Both the position numbers and the translations under genes were made by a program. From Tannockella kyphosi (GTDB lineage Bacteria; Bacillota_I; Bacilli_A; Erysipelotrichales; Coprobacillaceae), in the NCBI RefSeq assembly GCF_021054785.1, contig NZ_CP088239.1, forward strand, positions 510,001-542,000: a DNA stretch of 32,000 bases. Direction: 5' to 3'. Positions 8,349 through 16,910 of this stretch are shown piece by piece. The stretch's first letter is position 1. Each line of letters begins with the position of its first letter. Below the pieces are notes generated by a model. That model ran no database searches. It was not told where the DNA came from and was given only the letters and a program-made list of their open reading frames with translations.

Positions 8349-8982
8349 TGATATCGATTTTGTTAATACGAACATACCGGATTTGATTGAACTTTATGGA
8401 GAGAGTGTCGTAAATGATATTCTCTCCGATTTTTCTTGTCCTAAGAATAAAGACGTAGCTTATTTTTTGAAAAATAAAGCTTTAACAATGGAGAAGGCTG
8501 ATTATCGTGGGTCTAGAACATATTTGATAGGGTTCTTAAATGATGAGGGTGGATTCAACTTATGCGCATACTACACGTTAGCTAATAAGCCTTTTGAATT
8601 AAATCCCGACTTGAGCAATAGTAGGAAAAAAGAGCTAAGAGGCAAATACAGCACCACACCAAATGCTGTTTCGGCTGTGTTGATTGGCCAATTGAGTAAA
8701 AATTTCAACCATGGCTATGAGTATTTATTATCTGGAAGGGATCTGATCACTTTAGCCATAAACAGTATGAAACCCACATATGATTCTGTGGGGCTTGAAA
8801 TAGTTTTTTTAGAGTGTGAAGACACTCCAAAATTAAGAAGATTTTATGAGGATACTGGTTTTGAACTTTATGTCGATAAGGACGGTAAACCTATTAGATC
8901 GTTACATGGCGGTAATAACGAATCGGAGTTATTGATATATTTTGCAAAATATAAAACCTTAAAAGTGAATTTACCTTTATAA
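8335..8982 (+). CDS. GNAT-fold N-acetyltransferase-like protein, TacT/KacT-like pattern
   Basis: 215 aa. DFSCPKNKDVAYFLKNKALTMEK...SRTYLIGF...LCAYYTLANKPFEL...VSAVLIGQLSKN...LSGRDLITLA...KLRRFYEDTGFE follows the layout I recall for TacT-type toxins (F.cG..LD.FLk..A...aRTfV...GfYsLa...rLAvd...G.G..LL..A...FY...GF). It has no RBS of its own and is coupled to the upstream ORF. Confidence 0.55.
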   Translation: MQKNSDIDFVNTNIPDLIELYGESVVNDILSDFSCPKNKDVAYFLKNKALTMEKADYRGSRTYLIGFLNDEGGFNLCAYYTLANKPFELNPDLSNSRKKELRGKYSTTPNAVSAVLIGQLSKNFNHGYEYLLSGRDLITLAINSMKPTYDSVGLEIVFLECEDTPKLRRFYEDTGFELYVDKDGKPIRSLHGGNNESELLIYFAKYKTLKVNLPL

Positions 8983-9129
8983 AATTATGTAGACACCTTT
9001 GTAGGTGTCTTCGAGTGTCGATAAAGTCAGAAAAGGCTTGTCGGCACTTTTTTGCATTCACATCTTTTTGTGACTTCCTCTATATTCGATACTTTCCTCT
9101 CTTGTTTTGGCATAATTAAGGGGTTCATT

Positions 9130-9886
9130 ATGATGACGAAAAAGGATTCAAAGCAATAAGAAATGGTAGTAGTAATATTAGAAGACTTAGTTCCTCAAGA
9201 TCATATCCTTAGAAAGATTGATAAAGCAATTGATTTATCTTTTGTGTATGATCGTGTACAACACTTATATAGTGACATAGGAAGACCAAGTATTGATCCT
9301 GCTGTTTTAATTAAATTAGCTATTGTAGATAAGTTGTTTGGTTATCATAGTATGAGAAGAACTCTAAATGAAGCAGAAGTTAATTTAGCTATTCGTTGGT
9401 ACTTTCTTTACGGCATAGAAGAAAAGCTTCCTCATTTTTCTGGATTTTCAAAAACATATAGTTGCAAGTTCTCTCAATTAATTGATATTACAAATAAAAA
9501 AGGAGAAGTAGTTTGTCAAGATACTATCTTTGCGGTAATATTTGATGAAGTATTATCAGTGACGATGGATAAGAACTTCTTATATCTAGAACATATTTAT
9601 ATGAACTCTACTTATATCAAGGCAAACTCAAATAAAAAGAAATTATCAAGATGAATTGGATGTAGAGATTGATAGTCTTTGTTCCAAGAATGACTACAGA
9701 GCCCCAAAACCTTTAGAAATAAAGGGAAATAAAAATAATGAAGATAAAGCAACAAAAATGGGAAAGAAAGATTTTCAGTATGATGAATATAAAGAAAATA
9801 GCGTTTTGGAGCCAGTGGGCGTAGAGAAATCTATGTCATTTTTTATATATGAGAACAAATGCGATAAAAAAGACCATCAACTATAA
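9130..9886 (+). mobile_element. Decayed IS1182-family (DUF772 N-terminal) transposase gene: nonsense codon, frameshift and a large internal deletion
   Basis: MMTKKDSKQ, then TAA (9157-9159), then in frame EMVVVILEDLVPQDHILRKIDKAIDLSFV...GRPSIDPAVLIKLAIVDKLFGYHSMRRT...AIRWYF, which is the characteristic transposase N-terminal domain. The ORF breaks at 9654 and a second 76-aa piece lies in another frame. The total is far shorter than an intact DDE transposase, and no terminal inverted repeats were identified. Confidence 0.7.
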
Positions 9887-9926
9887 CCTCTCTCTAAAAA
9901 AGAGGGGGGTATTGTCAACTGTCTGA

Positions 9927-10030
9927 TACCCTTATTTTATAAGGGCTTTTATTTTGCTTTTTTTATTTTTGCATGAATTATTTTAAAAAAATTAATCAAG
10001 TAGTTTTTCCATCGTATTCCTTTTTTTAGA
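9927..10030. repeat. Direct repeat copy B, containing the 3'-terminal remnant of a second integrase gene (minus strand)
   Basis: Hairpin ACCCTTAT TTT ATAAGGGC. The reverse complement of 9992-10030 reads ...FSKKRNTMEKLLD*, compared with ...FPEKRNKMKKLLG* at the end of the intact integrase. Similarity stops near 10030. Confidence 0.8.
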
Positions 10031-10130
10031 GAATACGTTAGCTTGATTTTATAAATTACTAGAAAGTGATATAGTAATAATAAATAAGGGATTTATCCTC
10101 TTAGCAACATTTATGAATATGCTTGTTAAT

Positions 10131-10165
10131 AAAACCTGTTTCATCAAGAAATAGGTTTTATTGTA
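10131..10165. terminator. Strong, potentially bidirectional hairpin upstream of the AAA+ gene
   Basis: AAAACCTGTTTC (10131-10142) / GAAATAGGTTTT (10148-10159), a 12-bp stem with one G-U, flanked by an A-run and a T-run. Confidence 0.6.
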
Positions 10166-10259
10166 TTGGAAGGTTTGGTTCAAATTATGAAATCATCACA
10201 AAGTAAACTGCTTTTATGATATGATATTTATATTAATTGATGGTAAGAAAGAGGATATT

Positions 10260-11774
10260 ATGATAGATACTAGATATGCAACAAATGAAATAAAACTAAC
10301 TGATCAAATACGTATCTTACGTAAAAATGGAGAAAAAGTTAAGTTAGGTAGTTTAATATTGGGAACTACTTATACGTATCAAAAAGGGTATGGTAGAGCG
10401 TTAGAATGTATATGTATATTTGGTACTAGAGAAGTGGTAGTAAGAGATGATTTATATTGCATTCAAGATGGTGAAAATTTTACATATGCATATAAAGATC
10501 CTAAAGGAAATATATCTCTTTATGCAACAGATCCTTTTAGTAAAGATGTTTTTCAATTGTTGTTTTTATGTGCTAGTGAGTTAAGCTGTAATAAAACAAT
10601 AAATGATATTGTGTCTAAGTTATATATTCATTCTCTATCAATAGGGTGGAATGATGTTTGGGATGCTTTTCACCAAGAAGATGCTATTGAATTAGCAGCT
10701 CTATATGTAGAGTATATAGAAGAAATGATACAAGATGGACGCTTTTATTGGATAAAAAAACACGAATTGTTTAGTAAAGATTTTAAAACAGGAAAAACAA
10801 AACAAGCACCTGATACTTCAGGTATTCTATTTCAAGAAAGAGAAGATTTATCACATCTAGCTATTTCTTATACAAAAGAAGACTTGAATCAAATGCCAAC
10901 TTATTTAATTGATTCTATTCAAGATAATATTCAATTTTACCAAGCAAATAAAGATACACTTGATAAAAATGCAATCCAAGTTATTAAAGCTTTTGCTGGG
11001 GACTATGTATGGGCTGCAGGCTATTATGGACCTTCTGGAACAGGAAAAACAACGACAGCAAAATTAATTGCTGGAGCATTATGTTTACCAATTATCAAAG
11101 TAACGGGAAGTAGAAATATTGATGAAGCTTATTTGTTTGGAAAATATATTTTAAAAAATGGGGATACTGAATTTAGTTATGGACCTTTATCTTTAGCAAT
11201 GAAGCATGGTGCGCTCTTTTTGTTTGATGAAATTAATATGATAGAAGGTGATGTTTTATCTTCTTTAAATGATGTTTTAGAAATGAAAAACGGTAAAAAA
11301 ATACTAGAAAATGGAGAACAAATTACTGCCCATCGGGCATTCCGTTTTATTGAAACAATGAATATTGGATATGCAGGTACAAATGATATAAACTTATCTC
11401 ACAAATCACGTATTCAATTAAAAGTAAAAATATCGAAACTAAGCATGGAACAAAATATACAAATCGTCTTAAATAATTCATCAATCAATAGAACAACTGC
11501 TAAAAAAATGATTCCTTTTATTGAAAAAGTAAATGATATGATTAATGAAAGTGGAAATGAATTTGCACAAAGAATTGATATTCGTAACATTATTAACTGG
11601 GCTAATTTAAGTGTGGCATTAGATAATGACTATATTCATGCAGCTATTCCAACTATCGTTGCAGGCTTACTAGAAGAAGATATCACAATAGATAATAGTG
11701 AATTAGAAGACATCTTATTATCAGACTCATTAGCTAGTAATGTTATGTCACAAATTATCGATACAATGAAATAG
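10260..11774 (+). CDS. AAA+ ATPase (AAA_5 / MoxR-CobS-NorQ-like module) with an unassigned ~256-aa N-terminal domain
   Basis: The preferred start is ATG 10260 (RBS AAAGAGGA 6 nt upstream); the track start 10221 has no RBS. Walker A GPSGTGKTT (11028-11054). Walker B LFLFDE (11214-11231). AHRAFRFIETMNIGYAGTNDIN matches the CobS/MoxR-type sensor region. Confidence 0.8.
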   Translation: MIDTRYATNEIKLTDQIRILRKNGEKVKLGSLILGTTYTYQKGYGRALECICIFGTREVVVRDDLYCIQDGENFTYAYKDPKGNISLYATDPFSKDVFQLLFLCASELSCNKTINDIVSKLYIHSLSIGWNDVWDAFHQEDAIELAALYVEYIEEMIQDGRFYWIKKHELFSKDFKTGKTKQAPDTSGILFQEREDLSHLAISYTKEDLNQMPTYLIDSIQDNIQFYQANKDTLDKNAIQVIKAFAGDYVWAAGYYGPSGTGKTTTAKLIAGALCLPIIKVTGSRNIDEAYLFGKYILKNGDTEFSYGPLSLAMKHGALFLFDEINMIEGDVLSSLNDVLEMKNGKKILENGEQITAHRAFRFIETMNIGYAGTNDINLSHKSRIQLKVKISKLSMEQNIQIVLNNSSINRTTAKKMIPFIEKVNDMINESGNEFAQRIDIRNIINWANLSVALDNDYIHAAIPTIVAGLLEEDITIDNSELEDILLSDSLASNVMSQIIDTMK

Positions 11775-11785
11775 GAGGGGATATA

Positions 11786-13552
11786 ATGGGTTCACTTTTT
11801 CTTACAAAACAAGATCTTGAAAAATATCAAAGAATCATGAACAAATATGCTCCCTATCCTACAACATTAGAATTCCTAGATGATTATAAAACAACAAATT
11901 TCTCATTTGTAGATAACAATCAAGCAAAAGTTGTAATATCAACATTTGTATCTGAACCTTATTCTTTTCATGATAATGAAAACGGGAGAGAATTGTTTCA
12001 TGATGGGATTGTTTTTCATGAATTGGCACATCTTTGTTATACTGATTTTGCAGCTATCATAACTTATCACATGCAAGAAAAGTTATTGCTTGAAAAACTA
12101 CAAGAAAAACATGATGCTTACTGGCAAGATGAATCTATGAAACCATCTTATCAAAAAGCTTTTATAGAACATTATTATTTTTTAAAAGAATTACAAATAT
12201 TTAATAGTTTAGAAGATGGAGCAATAGAACATTCTTTTTACTTACAGTTTCCAATTTTTAGTAATCGTATTATTTATGCTAGAAAAAAGCTAGTAGAATA
12301 TGAAATACTTGAAAACATTTATACAAAACAAAAAGGATTACCCGTACTCCTAGAAGCAATTCATCATTACTGTACCTGTTTTTATAAACAAAAACAGGCT
12401 CCTAATGAATTAGAAGGGCATCCTAGTCATCAAGAAATAAAGTCTAAAATCATAGAAGCTAGATTATATACTAAAAACACAAAACAAAGAATCTCGTTAG
12501 CAAAAGAAATTGCACTTCTCATAAAAGAAGAAATTGAAACAGAAGCAACTATTTTCTTTGAAAAGAATTATAATCATCGTTATGGTGAAATGGAAAAATT
12601 AACAGGTAAAAATAATGAATCCTTACCCGGAAACCGACCAGAAGAAATGAAAAACAAAAAAGAAATAGATCCAACAAAAATCAAAGAAGTAGAAGAAATG
12701 CAAGAAACAAAACAACAAGAAGAATATATCGATTTAGAAGAGGAATATACCGATACTTCAAAGATGCAAAATATTGTTAGGGTAACAGTTAGTGAGGAAA
12801 GATTATCTAGAGAACTACCGATATTTACTCTAAACAGAAAAGAAGAACTGTTAGTAGAAGCAAAACAAAATGCCTACTTAGTCCAAAAAAGAATTGTTCA
12901 TAAAAAGAGAACCTATTTTAAAAAGAAACTGGATTATGGAAGCAGATTAGATACAAAACAACTATATCGAGGTAAAATAGATGGTAAGATCTATCAAATA
13001 TCTAAAAAATCAAAACAAACAAATGTAGTTGTATCGATTTTAATTGATTCATCCTTCTCTATGCAAGGAAAAAGACAAAAAGAAGCAATAGAAACAGCAT
13101 ATAAATTAGGTGTTATGTTTCAAGATTTACGGATTCCTTTTTGTATTAATGGTCATAGTGTAGGAGATGATGATATCACAGACTTTGTACAATATGTTGC
13201 TTATGATCAATGTCGCCAATCAGGAATATTAAATGAATTATTTTATTTAAACACAAAAGGATTCACACATGAGTATATTGCTTTAAAACATAGCTTAGAA
13301 AATTTATCAAAACACAAAAGAGGAACACAAAAAGGTTTGGTTATTGTAATTAGTGATGCTGAAACAGAAAGTAAGCTGGAAATACAGACACTTTGTCAAC
13401 GCTATAAACGTTTAGAAAATATTGATGTGTTGGCTATTGCAGTAGGGAAGCTGGGAGAAGTAGCACAAACTTATGAGAATTATTTATATTTACCAACAAC
13501 CAAACATTTCTTTTTGGAATTGGTTAAAGAATTTGAAAGATTATCTATTTAA
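11786..13552 (+). CDS. vWA-domain protein with an N-terminal HExxH region and an acidic/basic linker (CobT/NorD/CbbO-like architecture)
   Basis: 588 aa. RBS AGGAGGGG overlaps the stop of the AAA+ gene. HELAH at 12017-12031, with SLEDGAIEH about 60 aa later. Low-complexity K/E linker. C-terminal vWA with MIDAS DSSFS (13046-13060), and later KGFTHE and VISDAE. Confidence 0.75.
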   Translation: MGSLFLTKQDLEKYQRIMNKYAPYPTTLEFLDDYKTTNFSFVDNNQAKVVISTFVSEPYSFHDNENGRELFHDGIVFHELAHLCYTDFAAIITYHMQEKLLLEKLQEKHDAYWQDESMKPSYQKAFIEHYYFLKELQIFNSLEDGAIEHSFYLQFPIFSNRIIYARKKLVEYEILENIYTKQKGLPVLLEAIHHYCTCFYKQKQAPNELEGHPSHQEIKSKIIEARLYTKNTKQRISLAKEIALLIKEEIETEATIFFEKNYNHRYGEMEKLTGKNNESLPGNRPEEMKNKKEIDPTKIKEVEEMQETKQQEEYIDLEEEYTDTSKMQNIVRVTVSEERLSRELPIFTLNRKEELLVEAKQNAYLVQKRIVHKKRTYFKKKLDYGSRLDTKQLYRGKIDGKIYQISKKSKQTNVVVSILIDSSFSMQGKRQKEAIETAYKLGVMFQDLRIPFCINGHSVGDDDITDFVQYVAYDQCRQSGILNELFYLNTKGFTHEYIALKHSLENLSKHKRGTQKGLVIVISDAETESKLEIQTLCQRYKRLENIDVLAIAVGKLGEVAQTYENYLYLPTTKHFFLELVKEFERLSI

Positions 13553-13628
13553 CACATTAACTTAATATAAAATTGATAGAAATGTTACTTTTAAAAGAGT
13601 AAACTTATTTTGTTTGAAAAAGGAGATA

Positions 13629-14858
13629 ATGATGGAAAAAAATTTTAAACTTACTAAGTTGGAAAAAAGTTGGATTTTATATGATGTAGGGAACTCTGCT
13701 TTTACGTTATTGATTTCAACGATTTTCCCAATTTATTTTGATGTTTTGGCTTCAAGTGCGGGAATAACTTCAGAACAGTATTTAACATATTGGGGTTACG
13801 CTATTTCGTTCGTAACGATTATTGTGGCATGTAGTGGACCGATTTTAGGAGCTTTGTCAGATCGAGGTCCTTTTAAAAAAAGATTCTTGTTGTCGGCAGT
13901 TGTTATTGGTTGTATATCAACCATTGCTTTAGCAATCACTTCTTCATGGGTGGTGTTTTTACTTGTTTTTATGGTTGCAAAAGTAGCATATTCATTGAGT
14001 TTGATTTTTTATGATTCAATGTTGGTTGATGTTACGGATGAGTATAGGATGGATAAAGTATCTTCATTTGGATATGCTTTTGGTTATATTGGAAGTGTTC
14101 TACCTTTTGCAGTAAGTATTATTTTTGTTTTATTTTATGAATCTATGGGACTATCTTTCCAAATGGCTATTTTCATAGCTTTTTGTATTAATGCGTTATG
14201 GTGGTTTGTTATGACTTTGCCTATTGTTAAACAATATAAACAAAAATATGTTGTTCAAGAAAATCATGCGAGCTTTATTAAAGTGTGGCAAACATTGAAA
14301 GAAATAAGTGAAAATAAAAAAGTATTCTTTTTCTTGATTGCCTTCTTTTTCTATATTGATGGAGTATATACGATTATTGATATGGCGACAGCCTATGGAA
14401 CTGCATTAGGGTTAGATAGTACAGGATTATTATTAGCTTTATTAGTTACTCAATTAGTCGCTTTTCCTTTTGCTATATTATTTGGTCGTTTATCTCAAAA
14501 ATATGATAGTGAGAAACTTATTTCTATTTGTATATTAAGTTATACAGGAATTGGTTTTTATGCAATTTTCTTAAACTCACAATTTCAATTTTGGACACTT
14601 GCTATTTTAGTGGGAATGTTCCAAGGTGGAATTCAAGCTTTATCACGATCTCATTTTGGTAAAATTATTCCTGAAGAAAAGTCAGGTGAATATTTTGGTA
14701 TTTTAGATATATGTGGTAAAGGTGCTTCTTTTATTGGCACAATGTTAGTTAGTTTTGGTACCCAAATTTCTGGTAATATGTCCGTAGGTGTTAGTGTTAT
14801 AACACCATTGATTTTTATAGGATTCTTATTCTTTAGAAAATCTACCAAAGTAATATAA
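13629..14858 (+). CDS. MFS transporter (UMF1/Atg22-like family)
   Basis: About 12 predicted TM segments and MFS-like loops (GALSDRGPFKKRF, GRLSQKYDSEK). The start is ATG 13629 or 13632, after AGGAG at 13621-13625; the track TTG at 13614 is less likely. Confidence 0.8.
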   Translation: MMEKNFKLTKLEKSWILYDVGNSAFTLLISTIFPIYFDVLASSAGITSEQYLTYWGYAISFVTIIVACSGPILGALSDRGPFKKRFLLSAVVIGCISTIALAITSSWVVFLLVFMVAKVAYSLSLIFYDSMLVDVTDEYRMDKVSSFGYAFGYIGSVLPFAVSIIFVLFYESMGLSFQMAIFIAFCINALWWFVMTLPIVKQYKQKYVVQENHASFIKVWQTLKEISENKKVFFFLIAFFFYIDGVYTIIDMATAYGTALGLDSTGLLLALLVTQLVAFPFAILFGRLSQKYDSEKLISICILSYTGIGFYAIFLNSQFQFWTLAILVGMFQGGIQALSRSHFGKIIPEEKSGEYFGILDICGKGASFIGTMLVSFGTQISGNMSVGVSVITPLIFIGFLFFRKSTKVI

Positions 14859-15625
14859 TGCCAGCTAATTATTCGCATTATCAATTTGGGCAAGAAGTGT
14901 ATCACTTATTAGAAAACGAAACTATAAAATCGATAATAAATAATCATTATGATCTTTACTTAATCGGATTACATGGACCAGATATATTATTCTATCATCA
15001 ACCACTAAAGAAGAATAAAATAAAAACAAAAGGATATAAAATGCATGATCAAGAAGCTTTTGATTTCTTTACAAAGGTAGTCTTGAATACTGATGCAACA
15101 AGAGCATATATGTTTGGCTTTTTATGTCACTTTGTTTTGGATAGTACATGTCATGGTTATATTAACGAATGTGTTGAAAAAACTGGACGATCACATTATC
15201 AAGTAGAGGCTGCTTTTGAAAAGTATTTAATGATATTAAAACATGTTGAATATTTAAATTTAAATACAGCCAAACATATTGTGCCAAACAATGAGAATTA
15301 TCAAATAATTGCTAGTGTATTAGAAGTGGAAGAAATAGCTATTGAAAAAGCACTAAATTCAATGATTTATTATCATAAACTATTGGTTCCAGGTAGGTAT
15401 AAAGATAAAATCATTCGTTTTGCTCTCACTATTTCTAGACATGGAGAATTAAAGGGGTTAATGTTAGGCCAAAAAACAATGGCTGTAGATCAAAAGAATA
15501 ATATAGATATTTATGAGCTTTATAACCAAGCAAAGCCAATTGCTATTAGGTTGATACAAAATTATGATGATTTCTATCATGGTGTTGCATTATTGGATGA
15601 TTACTTTCATAAAAATTATGGATAA
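14858..15625 (+). CDS. Zinc-dependent phospholipase C-like family protein (function unknown)
   Basis: MPANYSHYQFGQEVY...LIGLHGPDILFYHQPLKKN...KMHDQ...FLCHFVLDSTCH resembles the clostridial proteins annotated with that family name, by recall only. The start overlaps the MFS stop as TAATG. Confidence 0.5.
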   Translation: MPANYSHYQFGQEVYHLLENETIKSIINNHYDLYLIGLHGPDILFYHQPLKKNKIKTKGYKMHDQEAFDFFTKVVLNTDATRAYMFGFLCHFVLDSTCHGYINECVEKTGRSHYQVEAAFEKYLMILKHVEYLNLNTAKHIVPNNENYQIIASVLEVEEIAIEKALNSMIYYHKLLVPGRYKDKIIRFALTISRHGELKGLMLGQKTMAVDQKNNIDIYELYNQAKPIAIRLIQNYDDFYHGVALLDDYFHKNYG

Positions 15626-15646
15626 AGGAGTGTAAACTCCTTTTTA
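15626..15646 (+). terminator. Rho-independent terminator
   Basis: AGGAGT GTAA ACTCCT followed by TTTTTATTT, directly after the stop codon. Confidence 0.65.
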
Positions 15647-15683
15647 TTTGTGTATAATAATAAAAAGAAATGGGGGAATACAA

Positions 15684-16874
15684 ATGAAGTATCGTTATTC
15701 AAATCGAATTGAAAAAGCAAAAGCATCTGCAATTCGAGAAATATTAAAAATGATGAATGATCCAGAAATGATAAGTTTTGGTGGTGGAAATCCAGCAGTT
15801 GAAACATTTCCGATTGAATCATTAAAAAATATCTCAAGTCGTCTTTTTGAAGAAAGTCCGACAAAAGTATTAGAATATGGTATTACGGAAGGTGATATTG
15901 ATTTAAGACAAGAGGCTTTACAATTCTTTTCTAATAAGGAAGATATTAAAAAAGAATATGATCAAGTTTTAATTACATCTGGTTCACAACAAATTATGGA
16001 TTTTATTGCCAAGGTATTGTGTAATGAGGATGATAAAGTAATCTGTGAGAATCCTAGTTTTTTAGGTGCTTTGAATGCTTTTAAAAGTAATGGAGCAACA
16101 CTGGTAGGATGTGATATTGAAGCAGATGGTATTAATTTGGAACAAGTAGAAAAAGCTTTACAAAGTGATGTAAAGCCAGCATTTATATATACGATTCCTA
16201 ATTTTCAAAATCCAACAGGGATTACTATGTCTTATGAAAAAAGAAAAAAATTATATGAACTAGCATGTAAATATGAAGTACCTATTTTAGAAGATAATCC
16301 TTATGGTGATTTAAGATTTGAAGGACAAGCAATCCCATCAATCAAATCAATGGATGAAGAAGGAATTGTTATTTATGCAGCTAGTTTATCTAAAATAATA
16401 GCTCCTGGTATGCGTGTAGCGATGTTGTTAGCGCATCAAGATATTGTTGGTAAAGTAACAGTTGCTAAACAATCCAATGACGTTCATTCAAATGCATGGT
16501 CACAAAAAGTAATGGCTAATTTTTTACATGAAACAGATATGGCAGAACATTTAAAAAAATTACAAGCAGTTTACAGTCGTAAATGTGCATTGATGTTATC
16601 AAAAATGGAAGAATGTTTTGATGAAGCAGTTTCATGGACAATCCCTGAAGGTGGGATGTTTATATGGGTAACTTTACCAGATACAATTTCAATGTTAGAA
16701 TTTGTACAAGAAGCAATCAAAAACAAAGTAGCGGTAGTTCCGGGTAATGCGTTTTATAGTGATGATTCTATTCCTTGTCAATCATTTAGAATGAATTTTT
16801 CAATGCCTAGTGATGAAAACATCATCAAGGGTGTAGAAATATTAGGGACTCTTAGCAAACAAATGAACAAATAA
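15684..16874 (+). CDS. PLP-dependent aminotransferase, class I/II (2-aminoadipate/aromatic aminotransferase-like)
   Basis: The start is ATG 15684 (RBS GGGGGA); the track start 15648 has no RBS. AKASAIREILK, GGGNP, IPNFQNPTG and the lysine motif SLSKIIAPGMR are present. Confidence 0.85.
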   Translation: MKYRYSNRIEKAKASAIREILKMMNDPEMISFGGGNPAVETFPIESLKNISSRLFEESPTKVLEYGITEGDIDLRQEALQFFSNKEDIKKEYDQVLITSGSQQIMDFIAKVLCNEDDKVICENPSFLGALNAFKSNGATLVGCDIEADGINLEQVEKALQSDVKPAFIYTIPNFQNPTGITMSYEKRKKLYELACKYEVPILEDNPYGDLRFEGQAIPSIKSMDEEGIVIYAASLSKIIAPGMRVAMLLAHQDIVGKVTVAKQSNDVHSNAWSQKVMANFLHETDMAEHLKKLQAVYSRKCALMLSKMEECFDEAVSWTIPEGGMFIWVTLPDTISMLEFVQEAIKNKVAVVPGNAFYSDDSIPCQSFRMNFSMPSDENIIKGVEILGTLSKQMNK

Positions 16875-16899
16875 AAAAGTACCCACATGGGGTACTTTT
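16875..16899. terminator. Bidirectional terminator between the aminotransferase (+) and csp (-) genes
   Basis: AAAAGTACCC ACAT GGGGTACTTTT, with an A-run and a T-run on either side. Confidence 0.75.
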
Positions 16900-16910
16900 C
16901 ATTTTAGAAA

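Noticed and set aside
10221-10259. Track start ATG 10221 for the AAA+ gene, and similar upstream starts at 13614, 15648, 17308, 17758, 28502 and 30024.
   Set aside because: These starts have no Shine-Dalgarno sequence. In every case an internal in-frame ATG a few codons downstream is preceded by a strong GGAGG-like RBS at 5-9 nt and gives the expected N-terminus. For 28502 and 30024, the upstream extension would also run through a promoter, leader or terminator.
10260-13552. Annotating the AAA+/vWA pair as cobaltochelatase CobS/CobT (cobalamin biosynthesis) or NorQ/NorD.
   Set aside because: There is no cobN or other cob, nor or cbb gene in the window. The ATPase carries an extra ~256-aa N-terminal domain absent from CobS/NorQ as I know them. 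The vWA partner carries HExxH. The location is an island remnant. Only the architecture is similar, so no functional transfer is justified.
14855-14862. The TAATG stop/start overlap of the MFS and PLC-like genes as a sign of a special functional system.
   Set aside because: Such 1-nt overlaps are routine translational coupling in compact Bacillota operons, and the same occurs at mutS2/uvrC. There is no other evidence for anything unusual.
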